From Arenicellales bacterium (GTDB lineage: Bacteria; Pseudomonadota; Gammaproteobacteria; Arenicellales; JAJDZL01): DNA of 64,000 nucleotides. This document shows, in pieces, positions 48,191-58,016 of this stretch (the first letter of the stretch is position 1; every line of letters begins with the position of its first letter). Below the pieces are notes generated by a model. That model was not told the origin of the DNA. It searched no databases and saw nothing but the letters and a program-made list of their open reading frames with translations. The DNA is taken from the NCBI GenBank assembly GCA_965219265.1, contig OZ244730.1, positions 1,653,529 through 1,717,528 on the forward strand, in the 5' to 3' direction. A program made the position numbers and the translations under genes.

Positions 48191-50469
48191 GACTTTCTCC
48201 GGTCAATGGCAATCAACAGAGGTGGTAGCAGCAGAAAATCGGCAGCGAGCGCAAAAACTATCGTAATGCTGACCAGAATTCCGAGTGCCCAACTAAGCTC
48301 GAAGCCTGATGCGGCAAAAACTAGAAATCCTGCCGCCAAGACCGCCGTTGTAGTAAACAACGCACGACCTACGGTTCGAAAGGCGGATCGTACAGCATCC
48401 GAAGCGTGTTTCCCTTCGCGACGGGCTTTCAGATATTTGGTCAGAAAATGAATCGTATCATCAACCACAATTCCGAATGCGATGGCAGTCACCACCGAAG
48501 CGGCCATGCCTATAGTGCCGACCAGATATCCCCACAAACCGAAACTCATAGCCGCTGGAATAAAATTGGGCACGAGACTGACAAGACCAATTCGGACGCT
48601 CTTGAATACCAGAATCAAGATCAAAGAAATTAAAGCCATTGCGGTTATTGTGCCACGCAACATACTGGTTATGTTCTGTATTGAAAGGTGGGCAAAAATT
48701 ATGCTGACACCCGTTGCCTCAGTCGCCAAGTCCGGTGAATTGGCAAGAAGCCAAGCCTGCGCGCGCTGATCGAGTTCGCGCTGTCCCTTGGACGAAACAT
48801 TTCGAATTACAACGGTCATGCGCGTTGCAGATTTCGCAATATCAATTCGGTCATTGAGGTCACTGCCAAACGGCAGGGAAAGCTCGTATAGCAACAAATA
48901 CTGCGCAGCAAGCTCCGGGTTGTCAGGTATTTGATAAAATGTCGGATCGTCGCCATGCATGTTTTTATTCAGACGTTTCATAATGTCCGGAAATGCTTGG
49001 ACATAGGTTACTTCAGGTTGCCCGCGGTACCATTCGGCGAAAGCATCAACCTCACGCAAATATTCGGGGTTAGTAATGCCACCTTCGCGCCCTGCGCTCA
49101 GTGAATATTCCAACGACTCCATACCGGTAAGATTTTCAATGATGAAATCTGTATCGCGTCGAAATTTATAGCGTTCATCAAAAGATTTTGTCCAGTTATC
49201 GCTCAATTCGTTGCGGGGAATTCCTGTGATCAAAACAATTGCAAACAGGGTGACAAACCAAAGCAGGAAATTACGTCTTGCAATAACGAATTCAGCGAAG
49301 CGCTCAAGGAACGCAGGTTGTTCAGATTGCACCAGGCGTACACGCAATGGCAAAATAGAAAGCAATGCTGGAAGCAGAGTCATGGAATAGACAAAGGTGC
49401 ATAACACACCAAATGCCACAAAATTGCCTAACACGTGGAAAGGTGGAGAATCCGAGGCATTTAGACTGAGAAATCCAATCGCAGTCGTCAGCGAAGTTAG
49501 AAATACTGGATAGGCATTGAGCCGAATTGATTCAGCAATGGCTGCATGCTTGTCCAAACCCTGATTCATACTCGATAAAGTAGTCGTCACAATATGCACA
49601 GAATGTGCAACTGCGATCACCATCGCAATTATCGGGATGCCTGAGTTTGTAGGACTCAACACCTCTCCGGCCCAGCCAATCAGTCCCATCGTGGAATTGA
49701 TGACAAACATGATTATGATGACAATGGCCACTGTGCCGAAAATTGATCGCAAAAGAAAAATTGTGGCTAGTACGATAATCAGAAATACAATGGGCGCAAG
49801 TGTCTGAAGATCTTCTTTCGTGGTATCGGAAAATGCACGATTCATGACAACATCGCCAGTCAAATAAAAATCCATATCTGAATGTTTCGCACTGGCTTCA
49901 GTGATGAGTCGATCTAGATAATCGGTAATCTCAACTACTCCAACATCATGATTTTCAGGCAGAATGAAAGTGATTGCTACACCACCCACATGCCCGTCGC
50001 GAGAAACAAGACGCCCAACAATATCAATCGCGTCAAGTGCAACTGCTTCGATTTGAGCCAAATCGGCATCGCTCAACGAAAGCGCGTCTTCAACTAGCGG
50101 AGCAACAGTCAAATCGTCTTCGAACGACTCGCTATGGGAATAGTTGGTCAGGGAATCAACCCGACTGGAGTAAGGCGCCAGCCATGCGGATTCTGTAAGA
50201 TCTTCGATCGCGTCAAGAGCTTCGCGGGTAAATACCGAGCCGTTTTGAGGCGCAACGGCAATCAACGCCCGGTCAGAGGCAGTATATGTATCCTCTAAGG
50301 AGTTGAACGCGAGAAGTTGGGGATTGTCATCTGTAAACAGGATGCGATAATCATTCGTCACAGTGACGAATCTGGCACCCGCTGCCAATGCCAGCATGAT
50401 CAGAACCATAACCGCAACGACCAGCCAACGCCACCGCAAAACAGAGGCGGTGTAATTTTCCAATTTCAT
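48187..50469 (-). CDS. MMPL/RND family transporter
   Basis: Duplicated TM blocks; TTAIGFLSL, GIVVDDTIHF motifs. Confidence 0.9.
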   Translation of the reverse strand: MKLENYTASVLRWRWLVVAVMVLIMLALAAGARFVTVTNDYRILFTDDNPQLLAFNSLEDTYTASDRALIAVAPQNGSVFTREALDAIEDLTESAWLAPYSSRVDSLTNYSHSESFEDDLTVAPLVEDALSLSDADLAQIEAVALDAIDIVGRLVSRDGHVGGVAITFILPENHDVGVVEITDYLDRLITEASAKHSDMDFYLTGDVVMNRAFSDTTKEDLQTLAPIVFLIIVLATIFLLRSIFGTVAIVIIIMFVINSTMGLIGWAGEVLSPTNSGIPIIAMVIAVAHSVHIVTTTLSSMNQGLDKHAAIAESIRLNAYPVFLTSLTTAIGFLSLNASDSPPFHVLGNFVAFGVLCTFVYSMTLLPALLSILPLRVRLVQSEQPAFLERFAEFVIARRNFLLWFVTLFAIVLITGIPRNELSDNWTKSFDERYKFRRDTDFIIENLTGMESLEYSLSAGREGGITNPEYLREVDAFAEWYRGQPEVTYVQAFPDIMKRLNKNMHGDDPTFYQIPDNPELAAQYLLLYELSLPFGSDLNDRIDIAKSATRMTVVIRNVSSKGQRELDQRAQAWLLANSPDLATEATGVSIIFAHLSIQNITSMLRGTITAMALISLILILVFKSVRIGLVSLVPNFIPAAMSFGLWGYLVGTIGMAASVVTAIAFGIVVDDTIHFLTKYLKARREGKHASDAVRSAFRTVGRALFTTTAVLAAGFLVFAASGFELSWALGILVSITIVFALAADFLLLPPLLIAIDRRKS

Positions 50470-50631
50470 AAATGCTGTCTCCTTAGCGATGACAGACTTG
50501 AAGCAACTAATGACTCACGAAATTGAATGCACGGTACCATCAATCATTCGCAGATGATCCCGATTTGCCTGGATTGACCCCCACTAACTTGCTGGATTAC
50601 TGGATTGAGGCCATCACAGCGCCTGCTCCGT

Positions 50632-51795
50632 TCACCAGTCGGCAGACTTGTGGGTATGTACGTGATCAGGCATCCTGTAACTCAACCCATGCTCGTCATA
50701 CACAGAAATTTGCAGAAGCTGGGTAAAGTTTTCAGATCTGGTAATCTGCGAGTCATTTAGCATGTGCCGTAGGTGTTGTTTCATCCGGTAAAAAAACAGT
50801 GTTCCAAAGGTAGAGGTTTTTGGAAACTCAAAATCATTAGCGAGTTTGTTTCCTATAAGCGCCCGTGAAAGCTTATACGCCAAGGCAGTTAATCTTTTCT
50901 CTTCAAGTGGATTGTCAATATCTGCAACTACTGGAATGGATCGTATCAGCATATTCGCCACTGCTATCGAATCCGCATCCGGCGGCGGTTCGCACATATA
51001 GCCAATCTTGTACGTCTGCTCTGCTTCGGCAGCGTTGGTATAGAGAATGGATTCAGGGATACCCATAAGATAACCGGCATAGCGCCAAACGGCGAGAACG
51101 CTCGTCTTTTCTTCCTCGTTGTATTTCGCTCCCACAGCAAGCGAGTACTCCAACAGCCGCTTGGAAAAGACGGAGATAGCAAAGCCCACGTGAGCCGAAC
51201 TTACAGGCGAACCCCAAACTTCGAAATTCCAATCTTCAGAGTCTTCCAGCAAGACTCTTATTCGACTATGAACAAAACGGATGCGGGTGGACAACTTCCA
51301 TCCATCACCATCCCTACGTAAACCGTTTGGAAAGAATATATCCATCATATGACGATTATTCTGCTGCAGGCGTCTTTTGGTAGAGCCCACTCGGCCGGTT
51401 ATATTGAAAGATTTTGCGATGAGCGTAGAAAATCCTTCCACCAGCACTCCAGTAACGAATGCAACCAGCATGAGGTCTACGTTTGCGAAAAATGCAGTTA
51501 CCCCCGGACGAAAGGCATCATGGTCAAGCCAAGGTGGAGGTTCACTAATCGTATCAAAAAAGTCGCGTAAATCTTTTGGAGCTTGACGTAGCTTTGCTTC
51601 ATCCTGCTCTATGCCAGCCCCAATGAAACGATGCAATTTTTCCACTGGCAACGACGCCAGCTCCCTCATTATTGGATCAAGATCAGCATCGCCCATAGTA
51701 ATATGCCTAGCATAATTATCAGCTAGAGCCTGATCATACTGCCGGGCTTTTATATAACCTTCGGTGTATGCTGAGGGAACAGCAATCTTGGTCAT
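50632..51795 (-). CDS. Oxygenase MpaB/rubber-oxygenase-like (DUF2236) protein
   Basis: TRIRFVHSRIR, W...WG.PVS, WRYAGYLMGIP motifs. Confidence 0.75.
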   Translation of the reverse strand: MTKIAVPSAYTEGYIKARQYDQALADNYARHITMGDADLDPIMRELASLPVEKLHRFIGAGIEQDEAKLRQAPKDLRDFFDTISEPPPWLDHDAFRPGVTAFFANVDLMLVAFVTGVLVEGFSTLIAKSFNITGRVGSTKRRLQQNNRHMMDIFFPNGLRRDGDGWKLSTRIRFVHSRIRVLLEDSEDWNFEVWGSPVSSAHVGFAISVFSKRLLEYSLAVGAKYNEEEKTSVLAVWRYAGYLMGIPESILYTNAAEAEQTYKIGYMCEPPPDADSIAVANMLIRSIPVVADIDNPLEEKRLTALAYKLSRALIGNKLANDFEFPKTSTFGTLFFYRMKQHLRHMLNDSQITRSENFTQLLQISVYDEHGLSYRMPDHVHTHKSADW

Positions 51796-52411
51796 ATTAA
51801 CTCCCGAGTTTCCCGCTCAAATCGAATTAGCAATAACAATAAAAGCCGCACTTTTTCCATATCAAAAATAGTTTGATGAACCATTGTAAATGATGAAGTT
51901 AATTAGTTAATATTCGCAACTAAATGTTTGGATTGACATTATACTAACATTGACTAATATTCAACTAAAAACTCGGTAACCCTTTTCAAGGGTCATTTCA
52001 AAGTTGGAGCAACAACTTTTTCATATTTCTGAATTTTCAAAATCACATCACTCCCGAGAGTTTTTAAGGGAATTTTGAAATTACGCTCAGGACGTTTGCA
52101 GTGTGGCAATGACGGCTGATCGGAGGGGCGGCGATTGATCGTCTTGGAGGGCTTGCCGAGCCCGTTCAGCCACTCAGTAACGAATTGAGAATTGCACGCA
52201 ATGTTGAGTATGGCTTGGGCGCAAATTACCGGCGTGCTTGCGGTAGATGTTTAAAATTGTTGATTGATGAACAAGATGGATTTTAATGAAAGTGATATCC
52301 AATCTGACACTCGTAGTGACAGTCTCGTGGTTCTGAATTTGAGTGAAAATTTTTGAAAATAAAATATTCTTGCAATTGGTGATATTCAGCTAAACATTTG
52401 TATTTGAATGT

Positions 52412-53149
52412 CTATTCGACCATTCGTTGGCGGGCCGTTTCAAACGTCACCACTCCCACTGCTACCGACACATTGATACTCTGAATTCCACCCAGCATTG
52501 GAATACTTCCCAGTACGTCGCATTTCTTCCTCGTCTCTTTTCTCAATCCTGTTTCTTCCGTACCGAAAACGAGCGCACATGGTTCAGACAAATCCATCGC
52601 ATAAATGGAATTCTCTGCTGCCAATTCCAGTCCGATCACCCATAATCCAGCGGCTTTCAGCAAATCCAAGGTCCGCGCAAGATTGGAAACTCGAAGTATC
52701 GGTGTAATTTCAGCCGCACCAGCCGCAGTTCGAGAAACCGTTGCGTTTACTTGGCAACCTCGATTTCGAGGCAGAATGATGCCTCCCGCACCTGCGGCGT
52801 GAGCGCTCCGAATGCACGCTCCAAGGTTTCGCGGATCCAGAATACCATCCAGAACAACAATCAATGACGAATCTGGCAAAGAAGAAAGCCAATTCTGAAC
52901 GTTCGGAGATTTCATCCTCTTTCCGTCCTGACAAATGACAATTACACTCTGATGTCTGTTGCCTCCCGCACGTTCGTTCATGGCGTCGTTAGAAGCACGA
53001 TGAACTGGAATGCCGTGACTGTTCGCCAGCCGTTCGATTTCCTGCAACCTGCTGTCGTTTCTACTTTCACTCAAATACACGCATTCAACTTCCTGCAGCC
53101 GGTGCTGCAGCACTGTCTTTGCAACATGAACTCCAAAAAACTTGCGCAT
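52412..53149 (-). CDS. rlmB: 23S rRNA Gm2251 methyltransferase
   Basis: LDGILDPRNLGACIRSA, VFGTEETG, IPM.G.IQSINVSVA. Confidence 0.93.
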   Translation of the reverse strand: MRKFFGVHVAKTVLQHRLQEVECVYLSESRNDSRLQEIERLANSHGIPVHRASNDAMNERAGGNRHQSVIVICQDGKRMKSPNVQNWLSSLPDSSLIVVLDGILDPRNLGACIRSAHAAGAGGIILPRNRGCQVNATVSRTAAGAAEITPILRVSNLARTLDLLKAAGLWVIGLELAAENSIYAMDLSEPCALVFGTEETGLRKETRKKCDVLGSIPMLGGIQSINVSVAVGVVTFETARQRMVE

Positions 53150-53151
53150 GG

Positions 53152-55137
53152 CTAGTTTCTTTTAAATTTACGTTTCCGCCTGTTGATCTTCTGCTCGCGT
53201 ACTAACTCAAAATCAACAAAACCAAATTCAGCATCGGCTTTGCATACCCGAACTCGTACTGACATTCCGATCGTGTAGGTCTTTCCAGTGGATGATCCAT
53301 AGAGCGCTCTACTGTCTTTTACAAATTCGTAATATTCTGATCCCAATTGTGAAATCGGAATCATGCCGTCAACAAACGGAGAGGATAGTTGAACAAATAT
53401 TCCGAATGACCGAATGTCCACAATGACACCGTCATAGGTGCAGTCAATTTTTGTTTTCATGAATTCTGCTTTGAGCCATTTTTCGGACTCCCTGGAACAA
53501 GCCTCAGCTCGTCTCTCCAGATAGGAACACTGTCGTGCGACTGTATTCAAATTTGAAGAATTCTTTGAACCATTCAGGACATTTTTGATTAGTCGGTGGA
53601 CAATCAAGTCGGGGTATCGACGAATAGGTGAAGTAAAGTGAGTGTAACTAGGGAAATTCAATGCGAAATGAGGGCTCTTCTTCTCTGAATAAATTGCAGT
53701 TGCCAAACTACGTAGCAAGTGCATTTGAAGCGCACCAAAGGCTTTAGGGTAGTTGCCAATCACCTCCATTATCTTCTGATAATCACCGACCGTAGCGGTT
53801 TCGTGCACTGGCAGACTGGCACCAAAGGAAGCCAGTATTCCGTTCAGTTCCATCCGGTCTTTTGGATCTGGTTGATCATGCACTCGAAACATTGCTGCTT
53901 TCGGGTAGTGTTGGTTAATGAACTTGGCAGCACACACATTCGCCGCTAGCATGGCCTCTTCAATCAAACTATGTGCGGGAACACTCTGAGACTTTTCCAC
54001 TGCTTCGACGTTCCCCGAATTATCAAATTTCAGCTGCATTGCCGGAACGTCGAACTCCAAAGTTGCGCGTTTTTTGCGTGCTTTCAACAATGCATCATGT
54101 ACTTCAAAGAGGCACAGGAGACTCGGTGAAACGGCTTTCGGCAAACGCTGTTGAATCCGACCTCGTTCAACTTCAAAGTAGTTCAGCCTAGCATGGGATT
54201 TAATCACTGCCTCAAAAAACAGATAAGACCCTATCTCGCCGTCAGCACTTACTCTCATCTCGCACACGATTGCCAAACGATCTTTTTCGGGAATCAAGGA
54301 GCATAGGTCGCTCGATAGTTTCTCCGGCAACATTGGCACCGACATAGTCGGTAGATAAATTGATGTTCCTCGCGCGTACGCCGCATGATCAATTTCTGAG
54401 CTTTCATTAACGTAGTGCGATACATCTGCGATTGCGACCAGCAACCGAAATTCACCTGCTTCGGTTCTTTCACAAAATACGGCATCATCGTGATCTTTTG
54501 CAGTAGCTGGGTCAATCGTAACAAACGGCAGTTGCCTTAAGTCTCCACGAGATTTGGAGATGGCATTGGCTCGTAGTACCGAAAGCATTTTTACCTCAGC
54601 GCTGACTTCACTCGACCAAACACCTCGAATTCCAAAACGGCTTAGTGCGACAGCGTTTGCAATCTCGCATGTGCTCTCAAGCAATCGATCGATTCGCACT
54701 AAACGCCATGCTGCTTCCGATGCCGCTGTGGCTACCTGCCTGCTAATTGTGACCAGAAGGTATTGACGATGACTCGCTTTCAGATCGAAGTCTCGAATTT
54801 CTATTCTAGAGCTTAGCGAGAGTCCAACAGGAACGAGTGCAACTGGTCCAACTCCCTTACCGCCTTTTTTGACAACTCGTGCCACAATCTGGTAGTCAGC
54901 AATTGGATCAACGTTATGAATTACACAGAACAGTTTCTGATGTCGGCTGGGACGCATTAACTCGAGTTCAACACGATCTCCCGGCAAATAGTCCCGATGT
55001 TGACCAATTTTCGGTAAATAAGTTCTGCCATCTTCAGTTCTGACTCGCACATTTCGATGGTTTACAAATTCAACTGTTGCAGCGGTAAATTCGGACTTGG
55101 AATGTTTGCGGGATTTGCGTTGATGCTTTCTGCTCAT
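53152..55137 (-). CDS. rnr: Ribonuclease R (RNB + S1)
   Basis: TIDPATAKDHDDA, HFTSPIRRYPDL, C-terminal S1; adjacent to rlmB. Confidence 0.9.
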   Translation of the reverse strand: MSRKHQRKSRKHSKSEFTAATVEFVNHRNVRVRTEDGRTYLPKIGQHRDYLPGDRVELELMRPSRHQKLFCVIHNVDPIADYQIVARVVKKGGKGVGPVALVPVGLSLSSRIEIRDFDLKASHRQYLLVTISRQVATAASEAAWRLVRIDRLLESTCEIANAVALSRFGIRGVWSSEVSAEVKMLSVLRANAISKSRGDLRQLPFVTIDPATAKDHDDAVFCERTEAGEFRLLVAIADVSHYVNESSEIDHAAYARGTSIYLPTMSVPMLPEKLSSDLCSLIPEKDRLAIVCEMRVSADGEIGSYLFFEAVIKSHARLNYFEVERGRIQQRLPKAVSPSLLCLFEVHDALLKARKKRATLEFDVPAMQLKFDNSGNVEAVEKSQSVPAHSLIEEAMLAANVCAAKFINQHYPKAAMFRVHDQPDPKDRMELNGILASFGASLPVHETATVGDYQKIMEVIGNYPKAFGALQMHLLRSLATAIYSEKKSPHFALNFPSYTHFTSPIRRYPDLIVHRLIKNVLNGSKNSSNLNTVARQCSYLERRAEACSRESEKWLKAEFMKTKIDCTYDGVIVDIRSFGIFVQLSSPFVDGMIPISQLGSEYYEFVKDSRALYGSSTGKTYTIGMSVRVRVCKADAEFGFVDFELVREQKINRRKRKFKRN

Positions 55138-55208
55138 AATGGACGCATGATCGGCGAAATTGGACGCCTGGGAGTTGATTTCCGGGATTGATCTAGAGTG
55201 AATTGTGA

Positions 55209-55952
55209 CTATTGATCGAATTCAATCGGATCAATGCAGTCACTTTGAGTGTAGTTGGGATTGTTGACGCGCGTTGAAATTGGATACGCCTTGAGCCTGT
55301 CGTCTTTATAGGTTTTTGTCATCTGGTACGCGGTTTCAAGATCACTGCAGAGCCATTGGCCTCTGAGTTCTGGATCAATGATGACTGGCATTCGTCTGTT
55401 TGAATTGTGAATTGTGGCCATTAGTGAATTCGCTTCAGTAGTAACAATCGTGCAAGATTCATATTTTGTGCCATCCTCAGTTTTACCTCTTTCCCACAAC
55501 CCTGCAAAACTCATGATCTCCTGTTCCTTGTGCTGAATATGCCAAGGTTGTTTGGTTCTTTGCTGGGAGACAACCTGCCATTCATAAAATCCGGTTGCGG
55601 GAACCAAACATCTCCTCCCATATCTCCAAGCATTTCTATAACTGACAAGTTCTCGCATGTTTTCCGAACGTGCATTCGCCATTGAATACTTTTTCGGCAC
55701 CTCACCCTTGGACCAAGCCGGAATCAGCGGCCATATTGCTGAACGCAGAACCAGACGTTTGTCGTCTTCAAGCCGGACAATCGGAATTTTTGTCAGTAAA
55801 GTCTCATCCGCCGAATCGACCGCCGTACTGCGGGAAGTCGGGCTGATGTTGTATCGAGGCTTGAACGGAGCAAGTGTCGAATCGTTTTCCAAGATATTGA
55901 ATGTCGTCAACAGTGCATCGACATCAGTTAGAATATTAAACCGACCACACAT
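55209..55952 (-). CDS. SOS response-associated peptidase (SRAP/YedK)
   Basis: MCGRF N-terminus, NARSE, GFYEW, H..RMP. Confidence 0.92.
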   Translation of the reverse strand: MCGRFNILTDVDALLTTFNILENDSTLAPFKPRYNISPTSRSTAVDSADETLLTKIPIVRLEDDKRLVLRSAIWPLIPAWSKGEVPKKYSMANARSENMRELVSYRNAWRYGRRCLVPATGFYEWQVVSQQRTKQPWHIQHKEQEIMSFAGLWERGKTEDGTKYESCTIVTTEANSLMATIHNSNRRMPVIIDPELRGQWLCSDLETAYQMTKTYKDDRLKAYPISTRVNNPNYTQSDCIDPIEFDQ

Positions 55953-56015
55953 TTAAGTTCCGTTCACTTCATAAAGTCCATCTACTGTTTCATTGAGGCA
56001 GGTGGGTGTAAATCC

Positions 56016-56092
56016 TGGCGCGCCCGGAGGGATTCGAACCCCCGACTCCCAGATTCGTAGTCTGGTACTCTATCCAGCTGAGCTACGGGCGC
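56016..56092 (-). tRNA. tRNA-Arg(ACG)
   Basis: GCGCCCGTAGCTCAGCTGGATAGAG..ccagactACGaatctgg..GGTTCGAATCC..CCA. Confidence 0.97.
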
Positions 56093-56140
56093 TTTTCAAT
56101 GAGTCTTTCGTAAAGTTACATAAACTTGACGATTGACGTA

Positions 56141-56231
<91 letters not shown>

Positions 56232-56275
56232 AAGGGAGATATCTAAACAACTTACCTTTACAGAAATACAAACTT

Positions 56276-56473
56276 TCAGCGATTCGGTGTCGACTCTTCT
56301 TCATCAAATTCTTCGTTCTTCATGCGTTGGTAAATTTCTTCACGATGTACGGATACATGTCTAGGCGCATCGACGCCAATGCGAACCTGGTTTCCCTTGA
56401 TTCCTAGTACAGTAACCGTAATGTCTTCGTTAATTTTTACCGACTCACCAATCCTTCTTGTCAGTATTAACAC
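56276..56473 (-). CDS. csrA: Carbon storage regulator
   Basis: (M)[28 protein letters not shown]; GTG start. Confidence 0.97.
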   Translation of the reverse strand: MLILTRRIGESVKINEDITVTVLGIKGNQVRIGVDAPRHVSVHREEIYQRMKNEEFDEEESTPNR

Positions 56474-56679
56474 AACTTTGTTTTCCTCCATCAGTGTTCA
56501 TATATTCATGAGTTCACGCTCTTCATAGGATTTATATGCGGCTACTTCATTCCGATGTCAAACGCACTTGCTGACGCTACATTTTGTTAGACTCAAACCA
56601 GTCTAAAACGACTGTATTATAGGTATGGTTTAACTGAATTGGCTGATAATCGTCCTGACACAAGACGGCTTTATCTGCA

Positions 56680-57942
56680 TCAAGATTCAAGTTCCCGCTG
56701 TGGTGCGTTTTCGCGCAAGGGGGAAGCGTCACCGCTCAATCCAAACGCTTGATGGAGCGCTCTGACTCCGAGTTCTACATATTTCTCATCCACTATGACA
56801 GATATTTTTATCTCGGATGTAGAAATCATCTGAATATTGATTCCTTCAGCCGCCAACGTTGAAAACATTGTGGTGGCAATCCCGGTGTGAGAACGCATCC
56901 CTACCCCAACCAGAGATATTTTCGCAATATTGTCTGCTGCAACAATGTCCTCGGCACCGATTTCCGGCATGATGCTTTGGATTAATTTTAGACTGTTTTG
57001 AAATTCGCTACGATCGACGGTGAACGTCAAATCAGTATTGTTATCACTTCCAACATTCTGGATGATCATGTCGACGTTTATATGAGCATCGGCAATTGGG
57101 CCAAAGACCTTGGATGCTATTCCCGGTCGATCCGGCACATCCCGAATTGTCAATTTCGCTTCATTGATGTTGTAAGCAATCCCAGTGATTTTGGGTTGTT
57201 CCATAGTTGATTCCTCCGAGGTAATCAATGTACCCGGCGTATCGTGAAAAGATGACTGTACACGCACCGGAACTCCAAATTTATGTGCGAACTCCATCGC
57301 CCGGTTCTGCATTACCTTGGCACCGAGACTGGACAGTTCCAGCATTTCCTCGGCTGTAATTCGCTCCAGAACCCGGGCCTCCGGCACAACACGCGGGTCT
57401 GCAGTCATAACACCGTCGACATCTGTATAAATGCGACATTCCTGTGCATTCAGCGCTGCTGCCAGTGCCACAGCGGTTGTATCCGAACCGCCTCGGCCAA
57501 GTGTAGTAATCTCTCCATTTGCAGTGATGCCCTGAAATCCCGCTACGACTACGACCAATCCCTTTCCGAGCTCGCGAAGAATGCGCTCCGCCTCAATGCT
57601 CTGAACCCGCGCCTTGCCGTGCATTTCATTTGTAATGATGGGAATCTGGCTTCCAGTGTAGGACTTTGCCGGACAACCATCTCGATTCAACAACATGCTC
57701 AGCAATGCAATTGACTGTTGCTCACCAGTCGACATCAGCATGTCCAATTCTCGAAGTGTCGGATTGCCGTCAATCTGTTTTGCCAATTCAATGAGGCGGT
57801 TGGTTTCCCCTGCCATTGCCGACAGCACTACGACTACATCGTAGCCTTCCGCTTTGGTTCGCTGTACCCGCTTCGCGACACTGTTGACCCGCTCAATACT
57901 GCCAACCGACGACCCACCGAATTTTTCTACGACCAGTGCCAC
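56680..57942 (-). CDS. lysC: Aspartate kinase
   Basis: KFGGSSV, TLGRGGSDTTA, YTDVDG, two ACT domains. Confidence 0.96.
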   Translation of the reverse strand: MALVVEKFGGSSVGSIERVNSVAKRVQRTKAEGYDVVVVLSAMAGETNRLIELAKQIDGNPTLRELDMLMSTGEQQSIALLSMLLNRDGCPAKSYTGSQIPIITNEMHGKARVQSIEAERILRELGKGLVVVVAGFQGITANGEITTLGRGGSDTTAVALAAALNAQECRIYTDVDGVMTADPRVVPEARVLERITAEEMLELSSLGAKVMQNRAMEFAHKFGVPVRVQSSFHDTPGTLITSEESTMEQPKITGIAYNINEAKLTIRDVPDRPGIASKVFGPIADAHINVDMIIQNVGSDNNTDLTFTVDRSEFQNSLKLIQSIMPEIGAEDIVAADNIAKISLVGVGMRSHTGIATTMFSTLAAEGINIQMISTSEIKISVIVDEKYVELGVRALHQAFGLSGDASPLRENAPQRELES

Positions 57943-58016
57943 AATCAACTATCGAACACGAAATAATTCATCAATGCTACGAATATAGAATGTTGTTGTT
58001 ATCAGACCAATGCGAT

